Shown one piece after another: positions 19,136-29,793 of a stretch of DNA of 64,000 nt. Numbering within the stretch: the first letter of the stretch is position 1; each line of letters starts with the position of its first letter. The stretch lies in sequence record PZ445429.1; one strand, written 5' to 3'. This DNA is from a phage. Both the position numbers and the translations under genes were made by a program. Under the pieces are notes generated by a model. That model searched no databases, was not told the DNA's origin, and saw only the letters and a list, made by a program, of their open reading frames with translations.

Positions 19136-21010
19136 TTATTTAGCGCGAATGTCCTGATGTTTCACTCGACCCATAACCTCATGTTGTTTACCTGGGTTAA
19201 ACGGACGAGCACCTGGATTTCCAAGATAGCCACAAACTCGACGAGTTACCTCAAGAGTCTCAGGATCATGGTTGCCACAAATAGGGCATTTGAAACCATC
19301 CTCAGAAGCTATAGTTTCACCCAAGAACCCACATTCCCCACAAGAGTCTACTGGAGTATTAATACCGAAGTAATGAACTTTACTTGCAGCATAGTTAATA
19401 ACCCATTCCAGTGCATCAGGGAATCGTTTCATATCCGGTAATTCCACATAGGAAATGCACCCACCAGAAGCAATAGGAGTAAAGTTAGACTCATAATCAA
19501 ACTTCACATTTGGAGCAACCTTACGTTCTACATCAAGGTGATGGGAATTAGTGTAATATCCTTTAGCCAGAATATCTTCATGCTCTGGGAAATACTCACG
19601 GTCTAGGCGACAGAAGCGATCACATAGAGATTCAGATGGTGTAGCATACAGACTATACCCTAATTGAGTCTCTTCCTTCTTCTGATCAGCACGATCACGC
19701 ATGTATTGTAGCACACGTTGAACGAACTTGATACAAGACTCAGACATTGTATCTACATCTTTACCAAACATGAGTTGCAACATTTCGTGGCAGCCAATAT
19801 ATCCTAGGGATACAGAAGCACGCTTGTAGAAATGATCAAATACATATTCATCTGGCCCCAGACGTAATCCAAAGGCTCCTGACATATAGAGGATGGGCGC
19901 AGCTTTAGCTTGAATGTATTTTAAGCGATCAACTCTCCACTCCAATGCTTTTAACGCGGTATCCACACGCAGCTCAAGCAGATCGAAGAATAGATCAATA
20001 TTTCCTTCCGCTTCGATAGCGATTCGAGGAAGGTTTACGGAAACAACGCCTAAGTTGTTACGACCAGAAGTTTCACCATCTTCCGCAGCAGCCAGGAATG
20101 AACGACAGCCCATAGAGACTTTGTAGCCCCCCGTAACTTCTACAACCTTATCATAACTGATGTAGTCAGGATACATACGTTCAGCAGTACATTTCATAGC
20201 TAACTTCTTGATATCATAGTTAACATCACCAGGTTTCATGTTTACGCCCTCACGCAAAACAAATACCAGTTTAGGGAAGATAGCTGTACGTTTATTGATA
20301 CCCAAACCATCCATACGTACTTCTAGTATTGCTTTCTGTACAAGACGTGCTTCCCAAGAAGTTCCTAGACCAAAACCAAAGGTAATAAACGGACTTTGAC
20401 CATTAGAGTTGAACATCGTATTGATTTCATACTCCAGGCCCTGACAGGCATCGTAAACTTCTTTCTCAGTCATTTCCGTAGCCATTACAGATGCTTTAGC
20501 TTCATCCTTAGTCCAGCGCTTTGCAAACGCATGATTCTTATCATAAGACTTACGAACATAAGGAGCCAATACTTCATCTAATCGGTCCACAGAAGTACCC
20601 CCATATTGATGTGAACTAACCTGAGTGATAATCTGAGCTGTGATAGCAGCCGCAGTAGTAATAGAGTTTGGTGTACTGATTTCAGCATTACCAACCTTCA
20701 TACCATTCTTCAACATATCTTCCAAAGCAACCAGGCAACAGTTAGTCATACCTAACGCAGCGTAATCAGCATCATGGAAGTGAATATCACCAATCATGTG
20801 AGCATTTCGAATCTGGATTGGCATTTCTTCCAGAATCAGATATTTACTCAATTCCCCTGCAAGCATATCCCTTTGTGTAGGGAAACGTTCTGAGGGCTTA
20901 TTGGCATTATTAAACAGCAGCTCTTCATCTGCTGAACCTTCGATAATTTCTTTGCAGTTTCGAATCAAGGACTGCATTCCTTTATACTTTAGTTCTTCAT
21001 TGCGATTCAT
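19136..21010 (-). CDS. nrdD: anaerobic ribonucleoside-triphosphate reductase (class III)
   Basis: 624 aa; C-terminal zinc ribbon CGECGF...CPICG followed by glycyl-radical motif RRVCGYLG. Confidence 0.9.
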   Translation of the reverse strand: MNRNEELKYKGMQSLIRNCKEIIEGSADEELLFNNANKPSERFPTQRDMLAGELSKYLILEEMPIQIRNAHMIGDIHFHDADYAALGMTNCCLVALEDMLKNGMKVGNAEISTPNSITTAAAITAQIITQVSSHQYGGTSVDRLDEVLAPYVRKSYDKNHAFAKRWTKDEAKASVMATEMTEKEVYDACQGLEYEINTMFNSNGQSPFITFGFGLGTSWEARLVQKAILEVRMDGLGINKRTAIFPKLVFVLREGVNMKPGDVNYDIKKLAMKCTAERMYPDYISYDKVVEVTGGYKVSMGCRSFLAAAEDGETSGRNNLGVVSVNLPRIAIEAEGNIDLFFDLLELRVDTALKALEWRVDRLKYIQAKAAPILYMSGAFGLRLGPDEYVFDHFYKRASVSLGYIGCHEMLQLMFGKDVDTMSESCIKFVQRVLQYMRDRADQKKEETQLGYSLYATPSESLCDRFCRLDREYFPEHEDILAKGYYTNSHHLDVERKVAPNVKFDYESNFTPIASGGCISYVELPDMKRFPDALEWVINYAASKVHYFGINTPVDSCGECGFLGETIASEDGFKCPICGNHDPETLEVTRRVCGYLGNPGARPFNPGKQHEVMGRVKHQDIRAK

Positions 21011-21039
21011 TATACCCTCCTTCTCTAACTAAGACTACT

Positions 21040-21069
21040 ATTATAACTCATTCGAAGGCGGATGTCAAC
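21040..21069 (-). promoter_or_regulatory. consensus sigma70 promoter for nrdD
   Basis: Minus strand: TTGACA, 18 bp, TATAAT. Confidence 0.6.
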
Positions 21070-21260
21070 AATATTTTACTATAAAGTTCTGTAACATGAT
21101 CTGAGTCAAAAAATTTTATTTGCCAACCTCTACTAAAAATAGTATAATCACGCATCCGTGTACGCGATATAAAATGATTATCTAGTACCATACATCTCCC
21201 AATAAAAGCAAGCAAATTTTTTATTTAAATGCAATATCATAGGCTTATTTAAAATTGTAG

Positions 21261-21289
21261 TTGCTTTCTCCCGTATATATTGGTATAAT
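21261..21289 (+). promoter_or_regulatory. sigma70-like promoter upstream of phoH
   Basis: -35 TTGCTT, 17 bp, -10 TATAAT. Confidence 0.6.
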
Positions 21290-21362
21290 ATATTTGTAAG
21301 TTGATAAACAAGATCTTTTTGTTGATCCTCTGTTAGCGAAGTACACTATAGGAGTGTTATTT

Positions 21363-22115
21363 ATGGGAAAAGCACGTCAAAAAAGAGAGAACCGCAATGG
21401 TTCAAGAAAGCGTGGCAACAAGTATGAGAGTAACGTAATTCAAGCAGATTTCTCTGGTGATTACGCCAATCCAGTTGCTAAATCCCTAGTTGGTAAAAAC
21501 CGTGAGCAAAAATCATATATCAATATGATCAAGAACAACACAGTGACTGTGGGTATTGGTGAACCAGGTACTGGTAAAACCTTTATTCCGTCCGTTCTTG
21601 CAGCTCAGGAACTCGTAGACATTCACTCAGATATTGAGCAAGTGATCCTCGTGCGTCCGAACGAACCTCTAGGTAAATCTCTTGGTATGCTCCCAGGTGA
21701 TCTGGCAGAAAAGCTAGAGCCTTGGTTGGAACCAATAGCCGATGGCATGAAATGGGCAATCGGTGATCACGCCTACAAAGGATATGTCGAACGTCAGAAA
21801 ATTAAATTCCTGGCTATCGAACATGCCCGTGGCCGAACTTTCAACAACTCCTATGTAATTGTCGATGAAGCTCAGAATATCTCCGTTGAAGCAATGATCT
21901 GTCTTTTGACCCGTGTAGGACAAGATTGTCGTTTAATTATCTGTGGAGATATAGCTCAGAAAGACATCAAGGGTGATTCAGGTCTAGCACTTCTTATGGA
22001 AGTCTATGAGAAGTACGAAAACTCTCCTTTCTCTATGATCGAACTGATCGACAACGTTCGCTCACCAGAGTCTAAAGCATTCTACGATATCTTTAAGGAT
22101 ATGGGGAAGGTGTAA
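21363..22115 (+). CDS. phoH: PhoH-like ATPase
   Basis: Walker A GEPGTGKT, Walker B VIVDEAQN; ATG 21363 preceded by AGGAG (track start is an upstream GTG). Confidence 0.85.
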   Translation: MGKARQKRENRNGSRKRGNKYESNVIQADFSGDYANPVAKSLVGKNREQKSYINMIKNNTVTVGIGEPGTGKTFIPSVLAAQELVDIHSDIEQVILVRPNEPLGKSLGMLPGDLAEKLEPWLEPIADGMKWAIGDHAYKGYVERQKIKFLAIEHARGRTFNNSYVIVDEAQNISVEAMICLLTRVGQDCRLIICGDIAQKDIKGDSGLALLMEVYEKYENSPFSMIELIDNVRSPESKAFYDIFKDMGKV

Positions 22116-22116
22116 T

Positions 22117-22359
22117 ATGGGAAACGTCGTACATCTGCACCGCAAAACTAAGATCCACCGTACTTCATTGAGTGCTGCTAATATGATTACACGTAAGGAA
22201 GGGGAAGAAAGTCCTAAGACTACCCTAGCGTGGAAAATTGTAGCCTCTAATCCAAATCGGCCTTTCAACTATAATGAACTGAGTACTTCTATAGACATTC
22301 TTATGGCTAAGGAAATACGACAGAAACTAACTGATATGACCGATAAACTTAAATGGTAA
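22117..22359 (+). CDS. hypothetical protein
   Basis: 80-aa ORF; terminator hairpin downstream. Confidence 0.4.
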   Translation: MGNVVHLHRKTKIHRTSLSAANMITRKEGEESPKTTLAWKIVASNPNRPFNYNELSTSIDILMAKEIRQKLTDMTDKLKW

Positions 22360-22366
22360 GACAGAC

Positions 22367-22399
22367 GAGCCTGGGTATGAAAATATCCGGGCTCTTTTT
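22367..22399 (+). terminator. rho-independent terminator
   Basis: Hairpin GAGCCT...GGGCTC followed by TTTTT. Confidence 0.6.
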
Positions 22400-22482
22400 A
22401 TCTGTAAAATTGTACTTGCTAAATGACTGAGAATAAAGTAAACTATTTCCTAAATCCTGATAACTACAAAAAGGAAAGCCAA

Positions 22483-24813
22483 ATGAGCCATCGCATCGAA
22501 AAAGTAATTAAACGTGACGGTACTGTTCAGGACTTTGCTCCTGAAAAACTCAATGATTGGGCTGCATGGGCATGTAAAGATACTGACGTAAGTTGGTCTG
22601 CCGTAGTTATGGCTGCCCTGAAAAATCTACCCAAAGGTGTTGTAGATTCCGATACACTCCAAGATGTGTTAATTAAAGCTGCTGAAGGTCTTATCAAAGA
22701 CAATCCAGCATATGATACTGTAGCAAAGGAATTACGTCTTGCGCAGATGCGTAAACGCCTCTATGATTCCTTCGAACCACCTTCTCTACGTTTCTTCCAC
22801 GATCATATGGTTCGTGTCGGCGCTTGGGAAGACATGAGTGCATGGATTAGCGATGATCAGTTTGACGCTCTGAACCAAGTTATTGATCATGATCGCGATC
22901 GTTTATTCACCAGTGGTGGACTGAAACAGTTCTTCGACAAGTATTCCCGTCGTAATATTGCAACTGGTGAAATTTATGAAACCCCGCAGTTTGCCTACAT
23001 GGGTATGGCAATGGCGATGCTATCTCAACCTAACTGGACAATTCTCGATGCAATCGACCTCTACAACGCAATGTCACTCCATAAAATCAACGTGCCGACT
23101 CCACCTCTCGTGGGTCTTAGGAGCAGCGACCGCGGTTTTGCTTCTTGTTGTCTTGTTGATAGTACTGATACCCTCGATTCAATCGACACAGCCGAGCACA
23201 TCGTCTTCAAAATGGTCGCAGCCAGAGCGGGAATCGGGTATCATCTTGAAAGCCGATCAATTGCTGATCCGGTGCGAAATGGGGCATTCCCGCATTCCGG
23301 AAAACTGCCATATTATCGACACATTGACCGATCAGTAAAAGCTAACACTCAGCAAACCCGTGGTGGTTCTGCTACTGTGTCTTACCCATACTTCGATCCT
23401 GAAATCATTCAGTTGATGCAGGTTAAGCAGCAACGTGCTACAGACGAGAATAAAATCGATAAGATGGATTACTCTCTGAGCTTTAACAACCTTCTGTTAA
23501 AACGTTACCTGAAAAATGAAGATATTACGCTAATGTCCTACTTCTACGCACCAGAAGTTCATGAAGCGTTTTATGGCGAAGATGAGGCTAAGTTTGAAGA
23601 AATCTACGTGGCAGCGGAGAAACGTGTGGCATCTCTTACAAAGATCGACCACGAAGGAAAAACAATTCCAGCAGCTCCTAGAATCTCTGCAAAAGAAATC
23701 CTAGATACTTGGTTACGTATCCGTATGGAAACAGGGCGTATGTATGCTCATCACATTGGTGAATCTAACCGTCATGGTAACTTCCTTGACCCGATTCGTA
23801 TGACCAACCTTTGTGTTGAAATTACTCAGCCAACCCGTCCATTCCATCACATTACGGAGCTGTATAAGACCCAAGATCAGTTAGACGATATGCGTCCAGA
23901 AGATATTGGTGAAGTATCTCTGTGTAACTTAGGTGGTGTTGTACTAGGTCGTATGGAATCTCTGGCTGAATGGGAGAAAACTTGCTACATTCTTCTGAAA
24001 TTCGTTGATACAATCATCGAGATTCAGGATTACCCATTCCCAACTATGGAGTACACGGCTAAGAAACGTCGTAACGTTGGTATTGGTCTGATGAACGCAG
24101 CAGGTGCAATGGCAGCAGAAGGTTTGGCTTACGAAGGTGTTGAAGCCCGTAACTGGATTCACCGTGAAGCTGAAAAGCTGTCCTACTTCCTACATAAAGC
24201 CTCTGTACGTCTGGCTAAAGAACAAGGTGCATGTGACTGGTTTAATCGTACTAAGCCTTCGCAAGGAACTCTGGTAATCGACACGTACAAGAAAACTGTT
24301 GATGAACTGGTAACTGTAGGTCTAGAAATGGATTGGGAATCTCTGCGTGCAGATATTCTGAAATATGGTATGCGCAACTCTGTTCTGACTGCTCAGATGC
24401 CAGGTGAAAGTTCCTCTGTACTGCTAGGTGTTACTAACTCTATCGAACCGCCCCGTAAGATCGTATCTATCAAGGGTAGTGCAGTGAATAAAGTAATTGC
24501 AATTGCTCCAGGTGCAACTGATTGGGATACATTAATGAGCTATAAACTGGCTTATGATGTAGATCGTATCGAGTGGATCAAATGGGTAGCAACCATGCAG
24601 AAATTCTTCAGCCAGTCTATCAGTACGAATATGTACTATGACTACACCAAGTTCGAGAATGAAATCATTCCCGGCCCAGTAGTAGTTCGTGACTTTATGA
24701 CTGCTGTTAAGTACGGTTGGAAAACTTGGTACTACGCTAACTTCAACACTGAAAATGGTGGTGGAGCTGGTGAAGAAGCAGCAGGTTGTGCATCAGGTGG
24801 TTGTAACCTATAA
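22483..24813 (+). CDS. nrdA: ribonucleoside-diphosphate reductase large subunit (class Ia) with ATP-cone
   Basis: ~776 aa from ATG 22483 (RBS AAGGAAAG); ATP-cone VIKRDGT; terminator downstream. Confidence 0.9.
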   Translation: MSHRIEKVIKRDGTVQDFAPEKLNDWAAWACKDTDVSWSAVVMAALKNLPKGVVDSDTLQDVLIKAAEGLIKDNPAYDTVAKELRLAQMRKRLYDSFEPPSLRFFHDHMVRVGAWEDMSAWISDDQFDALNQVIDHDRDRLFTSGGLKQFFDKYSRRNIATGEIYETPQFAYMGMAMAMLSQPNWTILDAIDLYNAMSLHKINVPTPPLVGLRSSDRGFASCCLVDSTDTLDSIDTAEHIVFKMVAARAGIGYHLESRSIADPVRNGAFPHSGKLPYYRHIDRSVKANTQQTRGGSATVSYPYFDPEIIQLMQVKQQRATDENKIDKMDYSLSFNNLLLKRYLKNEDITLMSYFYAPEVHEAFYGEDEAKFEEIYVAAEKRVASLTKIDHEGKTIPAAPRISAKEILDTWLRIRMETGRMYAHHIGESNRHGNFLDPIRMTNLCVEITQPTRPFHHITELYKTQDQLDDMRPEDIGEVSLCNLGGVVLGRMESLAEWEKTCYILLKFVDTIIEIQDYPFPTMEYTAKKRRNVGIGLMNAAGAMAAEGLAYEGVEARNWIHREAEKLSYFLHKASVRLAKEQGACDWFNRTKPSQGTLVIDTYKKTVDELVTVGLEMDWESLRADILKYGMRNSVLTAQMPGESSSVLLGVTNSIEPPRKIVSIKGSAVNKVIAIAPGATDWDTLMSYKLAYDVDRIEWIKWVATMQKFFSQSISTNMYYDYTKFENEIIPGPVVVRDFMTAVKYGWKTWYYANFNTENGGGAGEEAAGCASGGCNL

Positions 24814-24822
24814 TAAAAACAA

Positions 24823-24850
24823 GGAGATCTTCGGGTCTCCTTTTTTCTTT
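24823..24850 (+). terminator. rho-independent terminator after nrdA
   Basis: GGAGATC-TTCG-GGTCTCC plus TTTTTTCTTT. Confidence 0.75.
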
Positions 24851-24860
24851 GAAATTTTAC

Positions 24861-24889
24861 TTGCTAATCGCTACCAGATTTGCTATAAT
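24861..24889 (+). promoter_or_regulatory. promoter upstream of HNH gene
   Basis: TTGCTA, 17 bp, TATAAT. Confidence 0.6.
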
Positions 24890-24913
24890 ATCTCTATATT
24901 AAGGAGATATACT

Positions 24914-25432
24914 GTGAAACCTCAACTAACAAAAGAATTTCTAGAGAAATATCTAGAACTCAGAGAAGATACTCTCTATTGGAAGCCAAGAGAGACTAAT
25001 AAAGGTGGATTTAATACTAGATTTGCTGGAAAACCTGTAGGAGCCGTCAATGGAAATGGCTACCTATGCTTCCGACTTAACGTGGAAGGTTATAGATGGG
25101 AATTAAGAAATCATGTAGTAATCTTCTGTCTCTATTATGGATATTACCCAACTAAGACAGTAGACCATAAAGATACAAATAAACTTAATAACCATCCTTT
25201 AAATCTACGAGAATCAACCGATGCTGGTAATGCCCAAAATAGGGGAGCCGGTAAAAACAATACCCATGGACATAAAAACCTAGAGCCTCTTAGTTCAGGA
25301 AACTGGAGGGTTAGGATAACACACAACGGTACTGTTTACAGATCTTCCGCAATGCCTCTAGAAAAAGCTCTAGAACATAGAGATATTAAACTTAAAGAAT
25401 TTCATGGCGAATACGCTAATAATGGAGAATAA
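24914..25432 (+). CDS. HNH homing endonuclease (free-standing, between nrdA and nrdB)
   Basis: GTG start after RBS TAAGGAGAT; HNH core DHKDTNKLNNHPLNLRESTDAGNAQN; own promoter at 24861-24889; paralog of 34849-35331. Confidence 0.7.
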   Translation: MKPQLTKEFLEKYLELREDTLYWKPRETNKGGFNTRFAGKPVGAVNGNGYLCFRLNVEGYRWELRNHVVIFCLYYGYYPTKTVDHKDTNKLNNHPLNLRESTDAGNAQNRGAGKNNTHGHKNLEPLSSGNWRVRITHNGTVYRSSAMPLEKALEHRDIKLKEFHGEYANNGE

Positions 25433-25435
25433 TTA

Positions 25436-26581
25436 ATGACAACCTTACTAAATCTGAACTGGAATCCTGATTCTGAAGAGCTATTTCTCGGAGATGCCCT
25501 GGGAGTAGCAGACTATGTTCGTGTTGCTCATCCAGAGCTAGAACGACTCGCACTATTACAGAGGAGCCAGTTTTGGACTGAAACTGAAATCAGTCTAGAA
25601 AGTGACAAAAAGCAATGGCCTAATCTTCCAAGAGAAATACAAGAAATCACTCTGCTGAACTTAGCTTGGCAGGTTCAAACAGATTCTTTCATTAGCCGTG
25701 CTCCTGAAGCAGCTATTATGCCGCTTGTAAGCCGTCCTGAATTGGAGGGTATGCTCAAGCAGTGGAGCTACTTCGAAGATCTGCACAGCCGTGCGTATAG
25801 TAATATTATTCGTAACGTTCTGACTGATCCAGCAGAATTTATTGATTCTGTAACTAAAAACCAAGAAGCATTTGCACGTATCGCAGATTCTGTTGAACTG
25901 TTTGATGAATTGTATCTGTTAGGTCAGTATTTCCTTGCAGTACGTGATCATCGTGGTGATAATACTTATCCAGAAACTGAGTTCCCTGAAGTTAAACGTG
26001 AAACTCAGGCTAAGCTGTTAGATGCTTACTTTGCAATCTACGGTCTGGAAGCAATGCAGTTCTACGCATCCTTTGCATGTACCTTTGCTCTAGCAGAGAA
26101 CGATATTCTGCAAGGTATTGCTAAGAACCTGCAATTAATCGCTAAAGATGAAGCTCTACATACTCAAATGTCTAAAGCTATCATCCAGATTATGTTTCAG
26201 CAATTTGATAAAGATCTGGTAGATGAAGCATTAGCTAAAGCACCAACACAACTCCTAAAAACTCTGAAAACTGAGATTGAATGGGGTCATTTTATCTTTA
26301 AAGGCCGTAGTCTGATTGGTTTGAACGCAGAACTGCTTGAAGAATACCTTTACTTTGTAGGACGTAACGCATTTATGCACATTGGTGTAGAATGGCCAAG
26401 CCACTTACCTGTAATTACTAAGAACCCTATTCCGTGGATCATGAACTGGTTGGATACTACATCTTTACAACCTGCTCCGCAAGAGATTCAGATTGGCGCA
26501 GCATATCGTGTAGGTCAAGTCACAGAAACATCTATGGATACTCTGAAAGATCTTGGCAACGAATTTGAGGGTATGTTCTAA
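25436..26581 (+). CDS. nrdB: ribonucleoside-diphosphate reductase small subunit
   Basis: 381 aa; ferritin-like di-iron subunit pattern. Confidence 0.9.
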   Translation: MTTLLNLNWNPDSEELFLGDALGVADYVRVAHPELERLALLQRSQFWTETEISLESDKKQWPNLPREIQEITLLNLAWQVQTDSFISRAPEAAIMPLVSRPELEGMLKQWSYFEDLHSRAYSNIIRNVLTDPAEFIDSVTKNQEAFARIADSVELFDELYLLGQYFLAVRDHRGDNTYPETEFPEVKRETQAKLLDAYFAIYGLEAMQFYASFACTFALAENDILQGIAKNLQLIAKDEALHTQMSKAIIQIMFQQFDKDLVDEALAKAPTQLLKTLKTEIEWGHFIFKGRSLIGLNAELLEEYLYFVGRNAFMHIGVEWPSHLPVITKNPIPWIMNWLDTTSLQPAPQEIQIGAAYRVGQVTETSMDTLKDLGNEFEGMF

Positions 26582-27111
26582 TGATAGCAGCAATCTATGC
26601 AACTGGGCCGAATGGGGAGTTCGGCCTCAATGGTAAACTCCCTTGGGGTTCTTTCAAAGAAGAACTAGATATCTTCTATGCTACTTTGGATTCTCTAGCA
26701 CCTGACAATATTATTGTAGGAGCAGGAACTTGGTTAGCATTCCCTGAGACTCTGCAAAAAAGAATACTAGGAGATTCTGACCTATTTATTTATGCAAATA
26801 GACCACTACCTAACTCTGTAGGATCAGCCACACGCATAAGTAATATTGGATATAGTCTGCCTGATTTCCTCAAGGAAGAAGTAACTGTAGTATTAGGAGG
26901 AGCAACTCTGCTTCTTGAAATGTACGTCAATAATCATCTAGATATGGCGTATGTATCTACTATTACTTCAGCCACACCATTATCTGCTGATGTACATCTG
27001 CATCATCATATTACTTTAACTAATTCAATGGCAACTAGAATGGACTATGTGGCAGGACAGAATGCAGATAAAACGCTTTCATTCTTACAAGAATTGGTGA
27101 TATTTAAATGA
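26581..27111 (+). CDS. dihydrofolate reductase
   Basis: 176 aa; N-terminus [22 protein letters not shown]; start overlaps nrdB stop. Confidence 0.8.
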   Translation: MIAAIYATGPNGEFGLNGKLPWGSFKEELDIFYATLDSLAPDNIIVGAGTWLAFPETLQKRILGDSDLFIYANRPLPNSVGSATRISNIGYSLPDFLKEEVTVVLGGATLLLEMYVNNHLDMAYVSTITSATPLSADVHLHHHITLTNSMATRMDYVAGQNADKTLSFLQELVIFK

Positions 27112-27962
27112 AGCAATATATTGAAACTGGAAAACGTATTCTTGAAGAGGGTGTATGGGTAACGAATCCTAGAACAGGGGTTCGTTGCCTAACCATTATT
27201 GATGCAGACTTTACCTTTAACGTAGGAGCAGGAGAACTGCCGCTAGTAACTACTCGTAAAGCATTTGCTAAACAAGCAATAATGGAAATGATCGGATATC
27301 TCCGTGGGTACGACTCAGCAGCACAATTCCGCGCTATTGGTGTTAATACATGGAATGCTAATGCAAATGAAAATATTGCCTGGCTAGGTAATCCATTCCG
27401 TAAAGGCGAGGATGATATGGGACGAGTCTATGGTGTTCAAGGACGTCATTGGACTAATTCTGATGGTATGGTATTTGATCAGTTAGCCAAAGTCTATCAT
27501 AATTTGAAAAGAGGGATTGACGATCGTGGAGAAATTTTAACTTTTTGGAACCCTGGGGAATTTCGTAAAGGATGCCTACGTCCGTGTATGCATACCCATC
27601 AATTCTCTATTTTAGGTGATACACTATACCTAAACTCTTTCCAGAGGTCTAATGATTTCTTGCTGGGCCAAGTATTTAATATGGTGCAATGCTATGCACT
27701 TCTAGCTATTATGGCACAGATTACAGGTCTTAAGCCAGGTATTGCTCGTCAAAAGATTATTAATCTTCATATCTATGAAGATCAGTATAATGTTCTGATG
27801 GAGCACAAGCAATTCGATCGTGAACCTTTTGCACCTCCTACTTTAGAAATCAATCCAAATATTAGAACTTTGGATGATGTATTAACGTGGGTAAGTAAGG
27901 ATGATTTTACTGTTCGTGGCTATGAACACCATCCTGCTATTGCATATCCATTTACGGTGTAA
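27108..27962 (+). CDS. thyA: thymidylate synthase
   Basis: 284 aa; TYMS-like motifs [23 protein letters not shown] and CMHTHQF. Confidence 0.9.
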   Translation: MKQYIETGKRILEEGVWVTNPRTGVRCLTIIDADFTFNVGAGELPLVTTRKAFAKQAIMEMIGYLRGYDSAAQFRAIGVNTWNANANENIAWLGNPFRKGEDDMGRVYGVQGRHWTNSDGMVFDQLAKVYHNLKRGIDDRGEILTFWNPGEFRKGCLRPCMHTHQFSILGDTLYLNSFQRSNDFLLGQVFNMVQCYALLAIMAQITGLKPGIARQKIINLHIYEDQYNVLMEHKQFDREPFAPPTLEINPNIRTLDDVLTWVSKDDFTVRGYEHHPAIAYPFTV

Positions 27963-27965
27963 CAT

Positions 27966-28319
27966 ATGTTAATTATACTATTATTTGTCATATTCTTTCT
28001 AAAACATTTTATGGCCGATTATCCACTCCAAACACCATATATGCTAAGAAAGACGCATAAAATAGGGTGGAAACTTCCATTATTAACCCATTCGCTAGTA
28101 CATGCTGGATTAACATTTGCAATTCTAATCCTATTCACATCACCAGGAATGTCTATAGCTTTAGCTATTATGGAATTAATTCTACACTTTATTATAGATT
28201 ATTGGAAAGCACAACGCTGTAAATACGCTATAAGCGATGCTAAGTTTTGGATAGCTTTAGGATTTGATCAGTTACTGCATTATCTGACATACGCCCTAAT
28301 AATCTTGATTATAATCTAA
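27966..28319 (+). CDS. small integral membrane protein
   Basis: 117 aa, multiple hydrophobic segments; terminator hairpin follows. Confidence 0.5.
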   Translation: MLIILLFVIFFLKHFMADYPLQTPYMLRKTHKIGWKLPLLTHSLVHAGLTFAILILFTSPGMSIALAIMELILHFIIDYWKAQRCKYAISDAKFWIALGFDQLLHYLTYALIILIII

Positions 28320-28324
28320 TTCAA

Positions 28325-28350
28325 ATAGCCCTTCGGGGCTATTATATTTA
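28325..28350 (+). terminator. terminator hairpin
   Basis: ATAGCCC-TTCG-GGGCTAT plus TATATTT. Confidence 0.6.
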
Positions 28351-28358
28351 AATTTCAT

Positions 28359-28387
28359 TTGCTTACTGAGTGAAATTCAAATATAAT
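28359..28387 (+). promoter_or_regulatory. N25-type early promoter
   Basis: TTGCTT, 17 bp, TATAAT. Confidence 0.65.
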
Positions 28388-28417
28388 ATACTTCTAATTT
28401 GACAGAAGGATTTAATA

Positions 28418-28996
28418 ATGACAGCCATAGTAGCATTTAAATATAAAGATAAAGTATACTTAGCTGGTGATCGTATGGGTTCTAATGGCTATACGAAACT
28501 GCTGGTTAAAAATCCGAAAGTATTCAAAATCTCTGATGATTTGTACTTCGGATACACTAGTTCCTTCTACATGGGACAATTACTAGAGCATAGCTTTACT
28601 GTACCACCACGTTTAGCAGATATTTCTGATGATAAATATTTATATACGGAAATAGTACCTAAATTACGTGATATGTTTAACCAGAAAGATTTTGGCGAAA
28701 AGAAAAATGAAAAATATGCTGAACCTAATCTGGGACAATTTATTATGCTCTACAAAGGAAGAATCTTTATTTTCCAATCTAATGCTTCTATTCTAGAAGT
28801 TGAATATGCCGGTGTAGGCTGTGGAGGAGAAGATGTACTTTCCAGTATTCGTACAGGTTTAGCTATTGCGGATTGTCGAGCCACAGATTTAGATGTAGAT
28901 GATATATTTGAAATCATTGATCTGGCTTTTACGCATTGTGCAGATTATATGTGTGGTGTATCTTCTCAACATGATGTTTTAGTAATTGGAGAATAA
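28418..28996 (+). CDS. HslV/proteasome-beta-like Ntn-hydrolase
   Basis: 192 aa; Thr right after Met (MTAIVAFKYKDKVYLAGDR), GVGCGGEDV glycine motif. Confidence 0.5.
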   Translation: MTAIVAFKYKDKVYLAGDRMGSNGYTKLLVKNPKVFKISDDLYFGYTSSFYMGQLLEHSFTVPPRLADISDDKYLYTEIVPKLRDMFNQKDFGEKKNEKYAEPNLGQFIMLYKGRIFIFQSNASILEVEYAGVGCGGEDVLSSIRTGLAIADCRATDLDVDDIFEIIDLAFTHCADYMCGVSSQHDVLVIGE

Positions 28997-28998
28997 AT

Positions 28999-29268
28999 AT
29001 GTCTATTCTTTTATCTGCTTTAGAAGCAAAACAAAATACTATTGCTAGCATTAAAAAGGAAGTAATTGACCTAGAATCACTTATTGCCGTAGAGATTGAC
29101 AAAGCTATTAAAGATAAAGAATTTAATTGTCACATCCAGGGATTAACTGAATACTCAGAAAACGCTAGAAATAGCGTCATGCAAAAACTTAGCAAACTAG
29201 GTTATGTTGTAGAAGCTAAGTATGAACAGCGTGAAGGTTTTTGGCTTGAAATTGATTGGAGCAAATAA
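28999..29268 (+). CDS. hypothetical protein
   Basis: 89-aa ORF; stop overlaps RNase H start (TAATG). Confidence 0.45.
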   Translation: MSILLSALEAKQNTIASIKKEVIDLESLIAVEIDKAIKDKEFNCHIQGLTEYSENARNSVMQKLSKLGYVVEAKYEQREGFWLEIDWSK

Positions 29269-29744
29269 TGTCGGTTTTCCACATATATACAGATGGTGCA
29301 TGTAAAGGCAATCCTGGTTTAGGTGCGTGGGGATTCGTTGTCTATAATGATAATGATGATCGTATTGGCTCTAAATCTGGCTTCAGCCCTAAAACTACTA
29401 ATAACGAAATGGAACTTACTGCAATTGTAGAAGTTCTTCGTTGGTCTACTAAGAAAGATAATCGTCCAGTAATTATCTACACTGATTCTGCTTACTGCAA
29501 AAATGGTATGGAAAGCTGGATGTGGTCTTGGCAGAAGAAAGGCTGGAAGAAGGGAGATGGTGAAACTCCTCTTAATCTAGAACTCTGGCAAGAAGCATTT
29601 AAACTAACTCAACAGTATATTAACTTCCATGATACCAATCCAACCTTTGTTAAGGTTAAAGGTCACTCAGGTATTCGTGGTAATGAAGAAGTTGATGCTC
29701 TATGCAATACTGTAATTACTGAGCAAGAACTTGCTGAGATGTAA
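29268..29744 (+). CDS. rnhA: ribonuclease H
   Basis: FHIYTDGACKGNPG, MELTAIVEVL, IYTDSAY, VKGHSG motifs; ATG 29268 with GGAG upstream. Confidence 0.85.
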   Translation: MSVFHIYTDGACKGNPGLGAWGFVVYNDNDDRIGSKSGFSPKTTNNEMELTAIVEVLRWSTKKDNRPVIIYTDSAYCKNGMESWMWSWQKKGWKKGDGETPLNLELWQEAFKLTQQYINFHDTNPTFVKVKGHSGIRGNEEVDALCNTVITEQELAEM

Positions 29745-29764
29745 TAAATAATTTAAAAATTCAC

Positions 29765-29793
29765 TTGCTTAAAGCCCTCGAATTTAGTATAAT
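29765..29793 (+). promoter_or_regulatory. N25-type early promoter
   Basis: TTGCTT, 17 bp, TATAAT. Confidence 0.65.

Noticed and set aside
22423-22482. Upstream extension of the nrdA ORF (track start 22423)
   Set aside because: The ATG at 22483 is preceded by a good RBS and the ATP-cone starts right after it; the upstream in-frame start lacks an RBS.
24814-25435. Group I intron hypothesis for the HNH gene between nrdA and nrdB
   Set aside because: nrdA and nrdB are intact separate ORFs with their own stop and start, and the HNH gene has its own promoter and RBS in the intergenic spacer; it looks like a free-standing homing endonuclease.
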